Below, piece after piece: positions 18,995 through 28,174 of a stretch of DNA of 61,632 bases; the stretch's first letter is position 1, and every line of letters starts with the position of its first letter. The position numbers and the translations under genes are program-made. This DNA comes from an uncultured Candidatus Saccharibacteria bacterium. Its GTDB lineage: Bacteria; Patescibacteriota; Minisyncoccia; Phycocordibacterales; UBA6065. The notes beneath the pieces were generated by a model, which had not been told where the DNA came from, ran no database searches, and worked only from the letters and a program-made list of their open reading frames with translations. The stretch lies in assembly GCA_964495425.1 (NCBI GenBank), contig CAZBVG010000004.1, positions 1 through 61,632 on the forward strand, written 5' to 3'.

Positions 18995-19567
18995 ATGTCA
19001 TTAATCGAATATAACGAAATAACCGCTCGTAAATACATCCTCATCAACAGCGAGCCGTATGAGGTTTTGGAAAATCATATTTTCCGAATGCAGCAGCGAA
19101 AGCCTCAAAATAAGACCAAAATCAAAAACCTTCTCACAGGCAAGATCGCAGATATGACCTTCCATCAGTCTGATAAAGTAGAAGAAGCAGAAATTGATGA
19201 AAAGGAAGTAAAGTATCTTTACACAACCAAGGGTGAATTCTGGTTCTGTGAAGCAAATGATCCATCAAAGCGTTTTAAAATCTCTGAAGAAATTCTTGAT
19301 GTGAAAGCAAAGTTTCTAAAGGCAAATTCTATCTATGATGCGATGGTGTTTAATGAAAAAATCTTCGGCATCAAACTTGATCCGACCGTAGATCTTAAGG
19401 TTGTTGAAGCACCACCTGGTATTAAGGGTGACACCGCTCGTGGTGGAAACAAGATGGTAAAGGTTGAAACCGGCGCCATGATCTCTGCCCCACTCTTCGT
19501 AAATGAAGGAGATGTAATCAGAATCAATACAGAAAGCGGCGAGTACCGAGAACGAGTAAACAAATAA
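18995..19567 (+). CDS. efp: Translation elongation factor P
   Basis: 190-aa EF-P-like translation with three OB/KOW-type domains (GDTARGGNKMVKVETGA). Confidence 0.93.
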   Translation: MSLIEYNEITARKYILINSEPYEVLENHIFRMQQRKPQNKTKIKNLLTGKIADMTFHQSDKVEEAEIDEKEVKYLYTTKGEFWFCEANDPSKRFKISEEILDVKAKFLKANSIYDAMVFNEKIFGIKLDPTVDLKVVEAPPGIKGDTARGGNKMVKVETGAMISAPLFVNEGDVIRINTESGEYRERVNK

Positions 19568-19586
19568 TAAAAAAAACCGCGTGCTC

Positions 19587-19964
19587 TCACGCGGTTTTTG
19601 CTAGGCTGTCTCGGACAAAAGTAAAAGGATCACCGGAAGTAAGTTCTCGTGAGAACCAACCCTTCTCAGGCACTTTCTCGCCACAGAAAGGCGCTTCGTG
19701 CCACAAAGGATGGTCTGCCCACCATAAAGGGCACACATTCCAGAACAATCGCACAGTTACCGGAAATTCTGATACACGACGACCGATCAGTACAAAACGT
19801 CCTGATGTGGCAGGTAGTGCCTGCCTAACGTGTCTTCGTACAATATCAGCGAATCTCCCCTCTGAGAACGTGATAGACCCCACATCTACATTCGAACTAC
19901 AATCCACTGTTACAGAAATGAGAAGATTCTCATTGAAAAGATTGAAATCAGTGATTTGATACAT
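19587..19964 (-). CDS. Orphan hypothetical protein (125 aa)
   Basis: An ORF sits between the efp terminator and the rpsR terminator. It has no visible SD and a Trp/Cys-rich tail. Two lines inside it counted 53-55% GC. Confidence 0.35.
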   Translation of the reverse strand: MYQITDFNLFNENLLISVTVDCSSNVDVGSITFSEGRFADIVRRHVRQALPATSGRFVLIGRRVSEFPVTVRLFWNVCPLWWADHPLWHEAPFCGEKVPEKGWFSRELTSGDPFTFVRDSLAKTA

Positions 19965-20034
19965 GATAAGTTGCTTCTATGCTCAAGCTTACATACAAAA
20001 AGCCCGACCGCAAGGTCGGGCTTTTTGCTGTAAC

Positions 20035-20238
20035 TTATCGAGCTACGAATGGAAGAAGTCCCATGAATCGAGCTCTCTTTACTGCCTCAGCGAGTTTTCG
20101 CTGATAGAGTGCTGAAACGTTGGTTCGCTTCTTACCCAAGATTCGAGCATGAGGATTGAGAAACTTCTTGAGGATCTCAGTATCCTTATAGTCGACGTGC
20201 TTGATGTTATTTTCCTTGAAGAAACACTGCTTGCTCAT
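20035..20238 (-). CDS. rpsR: 30S ribosomal protein S18
   Basis: MSKQCFFKENNIKHVDYKDTEILKKFLN... is a typical bS18. Confidence 0.95.
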   Translation of the reverse strand: MSKQCFFKENNIKHVDYKDTEILKKFLNPHARILGKKRTNVSALYQRKLAEAVKRARFMGLLPFVAR

Positions 20239-20255
20239 AATAGTTAATTAATTTT

Positions 20256-20723
20256 TTAGAATGGAATGTCTTCTGGATTGATGTCCTCTGAAGGATAGTC
20301 GATCGTATCGACCGCATCTTTCTTTGAAGATCCCTTTGAAGCTTTTGCTGGTGCCTCTCCTGCTGGAGCTGCGCTACCACCAAATGATCCGCCGGCCTTT
20401 GGACCGAACTGGACTGCTTCTGCGACGATTTCTGTTCGGTATTTTTTCTCACCCGAAGTTTTGTCGTCCCATGACCTCGTCTGAATCCTACCTTCGACAT
20501 AGACCTGCTGCCCTTTCTTAAGATACTGAGCTGACGTTTCTGCCTGGCGACCGAACACTACCACATTGTGGAAGTCCGATGCTTCCTGCTTTGCGCCACT
20601 TTTGTCTTTCCATACACGATTTGTCGCGATAGAAAGTGAAGCCACCTGCATTCCTGAAGGAAGCGCCTTCAATTCAGGATCTCTTGTAAGGTTGCCTATA
20701 ATTAAGGCTTTATTGAGATACAT
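20256..20723 (-). CDS. ssb: Single-stranded DNA-binding protein
   Basis: OB fold starting MYLNKALIIGNLTRDPEL, a Gly/Ala-rich linker, and an acidic tail ending DIPF. Confidence 0.95.
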   Translation of the reverse strand: MYLNKALIIGNLTRDPELKALPSGMQVASLSIATNRVWKDKSGAKQEASDFHNVVVFGRQAETSAQYLKKGQQVYVEGRIQTRSWDDKTSGEKKYRTEIVAEAVQFGPKAGGSFGGSAAPAGEAPAKASKGSSKKDAVDTIDYPSEDINPEDIPF

Positions 20724-20801
20724 AATTCGTTAGATACGTTTAAAGACTAATAAGGTGTACCAAGTTTAACCTTAGTCTACCATGTCCCGGACGTCTTTAA
20801 A

Positions 20802-21263
20802 TTATGCGACGAGCTTCTCGATTGATTTGTCAATTTCCTCTGGAGATACCTTGTCAGCATCTTTACCCTCTTCAATCTTTTCCTCCTTCTCCTGAGGCAA
20901 TACTTTTGCTCCGTAAAGAGTATTCTCTCGAACCGTCTTGATAAGAATGTATCGAAGAATCTTTTCGTTTCCATCAAGAGCCTTCTTGATATCTGCTGAA
21001 GTTTCTGGTGCTGCTTCGAACTTAATCCATCCGAAGTAAGCTGTGTCGTATCGATGTCGAGCTGGACCGATAGCTTTGATCATCGTGTAGGCAAGGTTAC
21101 GAAGCTTTGGGAATTCCTCAGAAATAATCGTAGCCTTTGCCTCTCCAAGAACTGCCTTGATAGCATCTACCTCTGCAGGTAGTTTCTCTGGAGAAACAGC
21201 GGGAACGATGTGGAAACCCACTTCGTAGACGGTGCCTGCCGTCTTAACTGTCTCTTTTGTCAT
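20802..21263 (-). CDS. rpsF: 30S ribosomal protein S6 with an acidic C-terminal extension
   Basis: I prefer the start MTKETVKT at 21263. The core is bS6-like, and the gene lies upstream of ssb-rpsR. Confidence 0.85.
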   Translation of the reverse strand: MTKETVKTAGTVYEVGFHIVPAVSPEKLPAEVDAIKAVLGEAKATIISEEFPKLRNLAYTMIKAIGPARHRYDTAYFGWIKFEAAPETSADIKKALDGNEKILRYILIKTVRENTLYGAKVLPQEKEEKIEEGKDADKVSPEEIDKSIEKLVA

Positions 21264-21377
21264 TTTTGTATGACTAAACTTATAAACTAACCTTGCAATA
21301 AGCCGTTTTCTTGGCAGAAAACTTATCCAAAGCAAGTACCAGACATACTACCTGAAAATGGCCCAAAAGCAAGAAAA

Positions 21378-22238
21378 TTAGAGCTTAAATAGCGTGAATG
21401 CATTATCTACCAATTGCTTTCTTCCCTCTTCGAGATTAAGCCCTTTGATACCAATTATTTTATCTGCGGTATGAGTTACAAATGATGGCTCGTTTCTCTT
21501 TCCTCGTTCTGGCACTGGTGCCACGTACGGACAGTCAGTTTCAGACATAATTCGATCAGCGGGTACAGCCTCAACAAGCTCCTTGTACTGTTTTGCAAAA
21601 GTCACAACACCTGTAAATGAAAGATAGAAACCTAAATCAAGAAACGCCTTTGCTTCATCAAGTGATCCAGCAAAAAAGTGTGTATCTCCTCGAAGTTTAT
21701 CGCCGTGAATCTTTTTATACGGCTTCAAAATGTCCAAAACGTCCTTATACGCATTACCTCCCTCACCCGAACGGATGTGGAGCATCAGAGGTAAATCAAA
21801 CTCGAGCGCCAATTCAATCTGATCTTTGAACGCCTTTATCTGTCGCTGTTTTTCTTCATCTGTTGGGAATCGATAGTAATCAAGACCGCACTCGCCTATT
21901 CCCACAACCTTCTTGCCACCTTCTTTAATAAGTTTTCGGTAAAAATCAGGATTAAAATTTTCTCCTTTTGAAGTAAAACTTTTTGTTTCTTCGCCAATTT
22001 CATCTGTATCGTGAAATGAAGGATTCACATGAATCGGATGAAGACCCACAATGGCATAAACACCCGTTGGAAACTCTGTGGTCATTTCCACCGCCTTTTG
22101 TGACGTGTGTTCCTGCGTCCCAATATTAATGAACCACACACCTTTGTCGTGTGCTCTTTTGATCACTTCTGCCCTCTCAGCATCAAACACCTTGAAGTTG
22201 GTGTGGGCGTGAATGTCGATAAACTGAGGCTTTTTCAT
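21378..22238 (-). CDS. TatD family metal-dependent hydrolase
   Basis: FIDIHAHTNF near the N-terminus, plus GECGLDY and ETDCPY motifs. Confidence 0.88.
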   Translation of the reverse strand: MKKPQFIDIHAHTNFKVFDAERAEVIKRAHDKGVWFINIGTQEHTSQKAVEMTTEFPTGVYAIVGLHPIHVNPSFHDTDEIGEETKSFTSKGENFNPDFYRKLIKEGGKKVVGIGECGLDYYRFPTDEEKQRQIKAFKDQIELALEFDLPLMLHIRSGEGGNAYKDVLDILKPYKKIHGDKLRGDTHFFAGSLDEAKAFLDLGFYLSFTGVVTFAKQYKELVEAVPADRIMSETDCPYVAPVPERGKRNEPSFVTHTADKIIGIKGLNLEEGRKQLVDNAFTLFKL

Positions 22239-22269
22239 ATTTTTACAGAATACGTCCAATTGACTAAAA

Positions 22270-22650
22270 ATGCACGAGGAGTACGATGCATCTGGGATCT
22301 TCTATATGAATTCATATGATCTTAACGCAGCGGAGCGTGAGCACGCAAAAGACCGGAGAATCCTTTTTGTAGTTTGTTTTGTTCTCTCATGGATTCTCAC
22401 TACCTGGATGGTTACGACAAGTATCTTCAGGCTTCCTTTTTTCTTGACTCTCTTGCTTCTAATTCCCTACAGCGTCATCATATCGATGATCGCAACAGGC
22501 GGCGCTGAATATCTCTACAGGAAAAATAATCCGTACCAAAAACCACCGTCAGATGATGGTGGTTTTTTATTCCTTTCGCAAGAAGAGTGGCGACTCAGGC
22601 ATTTTGTTTTCTTTCACCAAAATCTTAATCGTTTCAGCGGTTTTCGGTAA
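22270..22650 (+). CDS. Small membrane protein; 3' end uncertain
   Basis: It has two or three TM helices. As called, the ORF reads through the metG terminator hairpin and overlaps the metG 3' end by 84 nt. Confidence 0.4.
   Translation: MHEEYDASGIFYMNSYDLNAAEREHAKDRRILFVVCFVLSWILTTWMVTTSIFRLPFFLTLLLLIPYSVIISMIATGGAEYLYRKNNPYQKPPSDDGGFLFLSQEEWRLRHFVFFHQNLNRFSGFR
22537..22568. terminator. Bidirectional intrinsic terminator downstream of metG
   Basis: AAAAA-CCACCGTC-aga-TGATGGTGG-TTTTTT. Confidence 0.75.
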
Positions 22651-24006
22651 AATTGGTGAAAGAAGCACACCAACCGAATACAATCTCTCGCAGAGTTCCT
22701 CAATGATCTTTACTGCGGCTTTTTTATCTGTTTTTACGAGCTTAAATGGCGCCTTTTCTTGAATAAGCTGATCCGCATCAGTAATTTCCTTCCACACAGC
22801 ATTTGTAGCCGCCTGAATATCAAAGCTCTCGAGTGCTTTTATATACTCCTTATTTGAAATCTTGTCGCTTACCTTTACAGGCTTATCAAGATGCGTCGTC
22901 GCCATTTTCATGACACGCGACACAAGATTTCCTAAACCATTTGCCAAACTTGTATTGTAGGTGAGCTTAAATCGATCCATCGTAAACGGTGAGTCTTCAA
23001 AAGCACCAATTTCTCGACATACGAAATAACGAAGGGCTTCAGTGCCATATTCGTTCACCACATCAATTGGACTGATCACATTACCCAAAGACTTCGACAT
23101 CTTTACTCCACCGTCACCTGTCACGAAACCATTCACCACCACAGTATGTGTCGGTGGTAATTCAGCGGCAATAAGCATTGCCTGCCACATAACAGACTGG
23201 AATCGCGTATTATCCTTTCCACAATACTGGGTCGGAGTACCTTTCTCCCAGAATTTTTTAAAAGTTTCTTTGTCTTCCGGCCAACCCAATGTTGAGATGT
23301 AATTTGTAAGCGCGTCAAACCACACATACATTACATGAGCATCATCACCCGGGACAGGAACTCCCCATGGCATTTTTGATTTAAGACGAGAAATACTAAA
23401 GTCTTCGAGTCCTCGTTTTATGAATTCCCTCATTTCATTCATACGGAATTCAGGCACGATATTGTGACCTTTTGTATCGTAGAGCCGTATAAGCTTGTCG
23501 CCAAATGCTGAAAACTTAAAGAAGTAATTCTCTTCATTGATAATCTCAATCTCGAGATGCGGGTGTATCTGACAGCGGCCATTCACTAGCTCTGAGTCGG
23601 TTTTAGTTTCCTCGCAACCAACACAGTATTTTGATTTGTAATTTTTTTTGTAAATATATCCGTTCTTTTCAACTCTTTTCCAAAACTCTTGCGCCGCCTG
23701 TTCGTGATGTGCGTCTGTTGTACGAATGAAATGAATGTCTTCGCTTACCCCTAGTCGTGGCATAAGTTCACGGAATTTAGCAGCATATTCGTCGACATAT
23801 ACTTTCACATCCTTACCAGCTTTGTCGGCTGCCTTAAAGAGCTTTTGACCGTGCTCGTCTGTACCAGTATTAAAAAATACCTCGTAGCCCGAGAGTCTCT
23901 TCCAGCGAGCAATCACATCCGCACGCACCATTTCCATCGCAAAACCAACGTGTGGTTCAGCATTTACATACGGCAGCGTAGTAGTGATGTAAAATGATTT
24001 CGACAT
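22567..24006 (-). CDS. metG: Methionyl-tRNA synthetase (minimal form, no C-terminal tRNA-binding domain)
   Basis: PYVNAEPHVGF (HIGH-type motif), KMSKSLGN, and CxxC knuckles. Confidence 0.96.
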   Translation of the reverse strand: MSKSFYITTTLPYVNAEPHVGFAMEMVRADVIARWKRLSGYEVFFNTGTDEHGQKLFKAADKAGKDVKVYVDEYAAKFRELMPRLGVSEDIHFIRTTDAHHEQAAQEFWKRVEKNGYIYKKNYKSKYCVGCEETKTDSELVNGRCQIHPHLEIEIINEENYFFKFSAFGDKLIRLYDTKGHNIVPEFRMNEMREFIKRGLEDFSISRLKSKMPWGVPVPGDDAHVMYVWFDALTNYISTLGWPEDKETFKKFWEKGTPTQYCGKDNTRFQSVMWQAMLIAAELPPTHTVVVNGFVTGDGGVKMSKSLGNVISPIDVVNEYGTEALRYFVCREIGAFEDSPFTMDRFKLTYNTSLANGLGNLVSRVMKMATTHLDKPVKVSDKISNKEYIKALESFDIQAATNAVWKEITDADQLIQEKAPFKLVKTDKKAAVKIIEELCERLYSVGVLLSPILPKTAETIKILVKENKMPESPLFLRKE

Positions 24007-24055
24007 GTGATTTTAAGACTACAGTGTTTAAGAAAAGAATCAAGCGAACGAAATA

Positions 24056-25156
24056 TTAGGCAATAGAGCGCTTTTTCTGCATATCATCGATGAATTCCAT
24101 AATCATAGAAGCAATAGGTACACACAAAATGATACCCAAGAAACCTGCTAGCTTTAGCCCCACAAGAAGCGCAAGAATAACGAGGATTGGTGGGACACCT
24201 ACAATTTTCTTTACCACTAACGGGTAAATAAGATGATTCTCTAGCTGTTGAATCACGATATATAAACCAGCAACAACAAAAGCCGCTGATGTACCCGTAT
24301 CAGAATATGCGGTTGCAATGGCAGGAATTGCCGCGATAATTGGACCGAAAAGTGGAATCATTTCGAGAAAGGCGGCAAATACGGCAAACAAAAGTGCATT
24401 TTTTACACCAAGAAGCGCAAGGCCAATATAGACAAGTACACCGACAACAAGAGCGAGAATAAGCTGCCCTTGCATCCAAAGCGCGATTTTTGTCTGTGTT
24501 CGCTTCCACAAACTTACCACGTACCCTTCCTGTTTATCAGGGACAACAGTACGCAAAAAATGCTCCACTCCATCTTCTTGAACTGCAAGATAAAACGAAA
24601 GCACCACAATGAGTATGAAAGAGAGAATACCGCCAAACACCGAACTGGCTGAATGCACAAATCCAGCAGAAACTGCCGTTATAGCTTCATTAATTCCCTC
24701 TACTGCCCCTTGAATCGAGAAATCTTTGGATGAAGTAGTTATAAGCTTACGAGACTCATCGATCCCTTCAGCAAGCGTAATCGCCGCCTGCTTTGACTGC
24801 TCTGTTGTTTCTTCATCGAGCGGATTCCAAAGTGAAGATGAAGAGAGATACTCGGGGACTGAATTTAAAAATTCAGATGTATCCTGAAGCAATCTAGGTA
24901 CGAATGAATAGAACACGCTCACCAAAATACTACCGATAATTGCATAGGTAATGAGTGCAGAGATAACTCGTGGCAAAGATTTATCCATAAACCACTTCAC
25001 CATAGGCTCAAGTGAAGAAGCTATCACAACCGCAGTCAAAACAACGAGAATAATATCCTTTAACATGAAAAGAACGATTGTGCAGACAATCAATAGAATG
25101 CCCTTTGCAATAGTCATTAGGCTTATTTCTACGCGTGTTTCGTTCATTTCCTTCAT
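24056..25156 (-). CDS. AI-2E family transporter (PerM/UPF0118)
   Basis: Polytopic, with the characteristic C-terminal LEMIPLFGPIIAAIPA region. Confidence 0.85.
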   Translation of the reverse strand: MKEMNETRVEISLMTIAKGILLIVCTIVLFMLKDIILVVLTAVVIASSLEPMVKWFMDKSLPRVISALITYAIIGSILVSVFYSFVPRLLQDTSEFLNSVPEYLSSSSLWNPLDEETTEQSKQAAITLAEGIDESRKLITTSSKDFSIQGAVEGINEAITAVSAGFVHSASSVFGGILSFILIVVLSFYLAVQEDGVEHFLRTVVPDKQEGYVVSLWKRTQTKIALWMQGQLILALVVGVLVYIGLALLGVKNALLFAVFAAFLEMIPLFGPIIAAIPAIATAYSDTGTSAAFVVAGLYIVIQQLENHLIYPLVVKKIVGVPPILVILALLVGLKLAGFLGIILCVPIASMIMEFIDDMQKKRSIA

Positions 25157-25168
25157 GGGTCAATGATA

Positions 25169-26440
25169 CTACGTATTCAACACTTTTTTGAGTGCCGCTA
25201 GATCTATACCCTTTCCAATGACGCCTACTGTAAGTTTTTTTGAATCAAAGAGAGTGGCAGCAACTCGCTGTATATCTTCAGCGGTTATTTTTGAATAAAT
25301 CTCATCAAATTTTTCAGGAGTATAAATATCATTTTTTATTACTTCTTGATCTACAAGAAAATCAGCTACATCGTCTGATGTCTCAAGACCCATACGAAGA
25401 TGCGCACGCCGGTATTCTTTCACTTTCTCAAGCTCTTGAACTGAAACAAGTTCATACTTTATTCGATCTGTTTCTTTCAATATCGCATCAACGATTTCTG
25501 GCACACGTGCATGCGCTGTACCGGTCGAGATATAAAAACGTCCAAAAGTTTTACTTGTGCCATGGTGCGCACCAATATAGTATCCCGAACCCAACTCTTC
25601 GCGGAGTTTTATAAAAAGACGCGAGCTCATACCTGCACGCAAAATATTTCTAACCATGCTGGCAACGTAACGGTCTGGATGCTTTCGATCAAATGTCCTC
25701 CACGACAAAATAATATGAGCCTGATCTGTGTCCTTTTCCAACGAGACAAGCTCTGGTCCCTCCTGAATTCTGTCCTTTGTCGGTAATCCAGGCCGAGATT
25801 CAGCATCTTTCAAATCACTGAATGTTTGTCGTGCCCATGAGAGCATCTCCTCTTCATCGATTCCACCAGCTATAGCAATAACAGTATTCTTGGGAGTGTA
25901 TTGAGATTTTTTGTATGCAATAAGATCATCACGAGTAATTGCCTTCACAGTTTCTTTTGTGCCTAACACATCTCTCGAGGCTGGCTCACCTTTATACATA
26001 TGCTTCACAAGCGCCTCACTAATTTTTTCTTGAGGGTCATCACCATACATATCTATCTCACCCATAACTACCCCCTTCTCCTTTTCAATTTCTGCTACAG
26101 GAAAAATTGAGTGTTTGTACACATCAGACACCACATCAGCAATTTTTGCGAAATGTCGCACATCAGCTTTTGCCCAATATCCTGTCACCTCACTCCCCGT
26201 GAATGCATTATATGAAGCTCCGATCGAATCAAGTTCTGTAGAAATATCTCTCGCCGTAGGTCGTTTCTCGGTTCCCTTAAAACACATATGCTCCAAAAAA
26301 TGTGAGATACCGGATTGCTCAGGTGTTTCATGATGACTGCCCGTAGCCACATTTATCATCACGGTCACAGTTGGATTTCCCGCCATTGGAGCGGTAATCA
26401 CGCGAACACCATTCGGAAGAATTGTTTTGGTAAATTTCAT
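25169..26440 (-). CDS. M16 family zinc peptidase (insulinase-like)
   Basis: HFLEHMCFKG provides the HxxEH zinc motif, followed by EIDMYGDDP. Confidence 0.9.
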   Translation of the reverse strand: MKFTKTILPNGVRVITAPMAGNPTVTVMINVATGSHHETPEQSGISHFLEHMCFKGTEKRPTARDISTELDSIGASYNAFTGSEVTGYWAKADVRHFAKIADVVSDVYKHSIFPVAEIEKEKGVVMGEIDMYGDDPQEKISEALVKHMYKGEPASRDVLGTKETVKAITRDDLIAYKKSQYTPKNTVIAIAGGIDEEEMLSWARQTFSDLKDAESRPGLPTKDRIQEGPELVSLEKDTDQAHIILSWRTFDRKHPDRYVASMVRNILRAGMSSRLFIKLREELGSGYYIGAHHGTSKTFGRFYISTGTAHARVPEIVDAILKETDRIKYELVSVQELEKVKEYRRAHLRMGLETSDDVADFLVDQEVIKNDIYTPEKFDEIYSKITAEDIQRVAATLFDSKKLTVGVIGKGIDLAALKKVLNT

Positions 26441-26565
26441 AATCGTGAGTATAGCATTCGGTCCTTGGTGAAAGTATTTGCTTTTTTATAATATATATTG
26501 CATAGTATTAATAGCCAGCACGTCACCCACAATCAAGGAACACGGCCTTAAAATCGTGTATCTCC

Positions 26566-26802
26566 ATGGATAAATCCCCAAAGAATGTTTGGATGCACAT
26601 AAACAACTCTGTTGGTTATCTCTGCATCTTCCTTGTCCTTGCGTTCTTCTCGCTCGGAGCAAGTGTCGGTTTCTGGTACTTCATGCACGGCACACCCCCA
26701 GCCTTCAGCGTGCAGTTCATCATGATCTGGATAGTGAGTGCGGTTATCTTGGTGTTATGCATCAAGGAAACCAATCATTACATCGTTCATGATCGTGATT
26801 GA
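26566..26802 (+). CDS. Small membrane protein (78 aa)
   Basis: Two TM helices, followed by a GC-rich terminator hairpin at 26808-26832. Confidence 0.5.
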   Translation: MDKSPKNVWMHINNSVGYLCIFLVLAFFSLGASVGFWYFMHGTPPAFSVQFIMIWIVSAVILVLCIKETNHYIVHDRD

Positions 26803-26838
26803 AAAAGCCCCGGTTGCGTACGCAACCGGGGCTATTCT

Positions 26839-28170
26839 TTATTTTCCTAATTTCTGTGAAAGATATGAAGCCAAATCTTTCAGCATAATCTTTTCCTGGT
26901 CACCCGTATCACGATCTCTGACAGTCACTGGATGGCCTGCCTTTTCAAGCGTATCAAAATCAACCGTAACGCAAAACGGTGTACCAATTTCATCCTGTTT
27001 TCGATATCTCTTACCAATAGAACCAGCCGCATCATACTCAACTGCACCAAATTCTTTTCGGAGCACTTTATATATCTCCTGTGCCTTTTCTGTAAGCGCC
27101 TCCTTATTTTTAAGAAGCGGAAACACTGCTACCTTTATCGGCGCAACTGCTGGAGAAAGTTTGAGATAAACACGTTTTTCACCCGCCAACTCATCTTCCC
27201 TATAAGCGGAAGACAAGACCGCAAGAACGGTTCGATCGACACCAAACGATGGTTCAATAACGTGTGGCACAAATCTCGCCTTTGTTTCTTCATCAAAATA
27301 TGAAAGATCAACATTTGATGCTGCTGCGTGTGCTTTCAGATCAAAGTCTGTTCGATACGCAAGACCATACAGTTCCTTTTTACCGAACGGGTACTCAAAT
27401 TCAAAATCGATCGTGCGCTTTGAATAGTGCGCAAGGTCCTCAGGAGCTATTTCGAGTTCGTGCACGCTCTTCTTTGGCAAACCTATATCTGTCGTAAACG
27501 CATGGACTTCTTTTACAAAATGATCAAACACTTCCTTCCAATTCTTTGGATCAACAAAATACTCAATTTCCATCTGCTCGAATTCACGAGTTCTGAAAAT
27601 AAAGTCGCGAGGAGCAATTTCGTTTCGAAATGCCTTACCTATTTGAGCCATACCAAATGGAAGTTTGGGATGGAATGTATCAAGAATATTCTTGAAATTC
27701 ACAAACATGCCCTGGGCCGTTTCGGGTCGTAGATACGAAACCGCTGCGTCATCTTCCATAGCTCCCACATGGGTTTTAAACATCATATTAAACTGCTTTT
27801 CCGCACCAAGCTTGCCGCCGCATTCAGGGCATTTCTTTGTATCCTCAAGATGATCTGCACGGAATCGTCTCTTACACTTTTCACATTCAACCAATGGATC
27901 TGAAAAGCCTCCAACATGGCCTGAGGCTTTCCAGGTATTCTGATTCATCAAAATTGCAGCATCCATGCCATACATATCATCTCGATCTGTCACAAATCTC
28001 TTCCACCAGAGATGCTTTATGTTATGTTTGAGCGCTACACCCAACGGTCCGTAGTCCCACGTACCGGCAAGACCACCATAAATTTCAGAGCCTTGAAATA
28101 TAAAACCTCGTCTCTTGCAAAGAGAAATGAGATTTTCCATTACTGCATTTTTTTCTTCTTTTTTTGCCAT
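26839..28170 (-). CDS. glyQS: Glycyl-tRNA synthetase, alpha2 (class II) type
   Basis: RGFIFQGSEIYGGLAGTWDYGPLG and FRNEIAPRDFIFRTREFEQMEIEYF motifs. Confidence 0.96.
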   Translation of the reverse strand: MAKKEEKNAVMENLISLCKRRGFIFQGSEIYGGLAGTWDYGPLGVALKHNIKHLWWKRFVTDRDDMYGMDAAILMNQNTWKASGHVGGFSDPLVECEKCKRRFRADHLEDTKKCPECGGKLGAEKQFNMMFKTHVGAMEDDAAVSYLRPETAQGMFVNFKNILDTFHPKLPFGMAQIGKAFRNEIAPRDFIFRTREFEQMEIEYFVDPKNWKEVFDHFVKEVHAFTTDIGLPKKSVHELEIAPEDLAHYSKRTIDFEFEYPFGKKELYGLAYRTDFDLKAHAAASNVDLSYFDEETKARFVPHVIEPSFGVDRTVLAVLSSAYREDELAGEKRVYLKLSPAVAPIKVAVFPLLKNKEALTEKAQEIYKVLRKEFGAVEYDAAGSIGKRYRKQDEIGTPFCVTVDFDTLEKAGHPVTVRDRDTGDQEKIMLKDLASYLSQKLGK

Positions 28171-28174
28171 GAAT

